A program made the translations under genes and the position numbers. The notes below the pieces were generated by a model, which was given only the letters and a program-made list of their open reading frames with translations, made no database searches and was not told where the DNA came from. Of a DNA stretch of 64,000 bases, positions 63,608-64,000 are shown piece by piece. The DNA comes from Alphaproteobacteria bacterium. GTDB lineage: Bacteria; Pseudomonadota; Alphaproteobacteria; GCA-2731375. How positions within the stretch are numbered: the first letter of the stretch is position 1; the number at the start of each line of letters is the position of its first letter. The stretch lies in the NCBI GenBank assembly GCA_965225945.1, contig CBDDBZ010000018.1, forward strand, positions 1 to 64,000. The letters run 5' to 3'.

Positions 63608-64000
63608 CGCCGCAGCCGCGCCATTAGCGAATTAACATTTGGCAATTAAATAAAACCACCAAAAATTCGGACGAAATTCGATCGCGAGCATTCGATGTTG
63701 ACGTTTTTGTTTCAGATACCTATAAATGTGCAACACAAAAGTTCTTTACTCGGAAGGGCGTCTTCCGGTCTCGACCTTGATCGTCGATGCTTCGAAGGCC
63801 CGCTTTCAGAGAGAGGTCATTGCCGCTGTTCAAGAGAGCGGCGGAGAGGTCATCCTAGATACGAAATGTGCGGAAGAGCCGCGAGGTGACGCGCCGCCGG
63901 CAATTGTGAGAAGGAGGGAGAAAGTGATCAAATCGGGTTTGAGGCCCTTATGAGTAACGTAGCAACATCCCCTGTCGTGCAATTCATCACCCTTCTGCGG

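Noticed and set aside
63631-63649. CtrA box
   Set aside because: TTAA half-sites are 10 bp apart rather than 7.

Overview
GC-rich alphaproteobacterial chromosome segment, probably Rhodospirillales-like (inferred from gene content: ccrM, GTTC-N7-GTTC SOS box, F0 operon with b' and b, fused trpE(G)). The core is ordinary housekeeping synteny: hflKC-apbC, rmlCBD, ispE-TPR-ETF:QO-UDG-SLT-moaB, rnhB-ccrM-mutY-dciA-dsbA-smc-atpIBEF'F, trpE(G). The most unusual part is the first 10 kb. gdhA is split by a 2355-bp element (7052-9406) with perfect 44-bp terminal inverted repeats and a 6-bp target duplication (TTCGGT). The element has no transposase of its own, carries a decayed LRV-repeat gene, and has an IS66 with a nonsense mutation nested inside it. 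The first 14 bp of the window match the same terminal repeat and truncate putA, so two consecutive steps of Pro->Glu->2-oxoglutarate are hit by one element family. That repeat and an unrelated IS630 remnant both contain a strong NrdR-box-like palindrome, with weaker copies in a CTAG-ended MITE and at the dsbA-smc promoter. The IS66, IS630 and MITE ends also carry CcrM GANTC sites. Several gene remnants point to ongoing genome decay. No rRNA, tRNA or CRISPR array was recognised.
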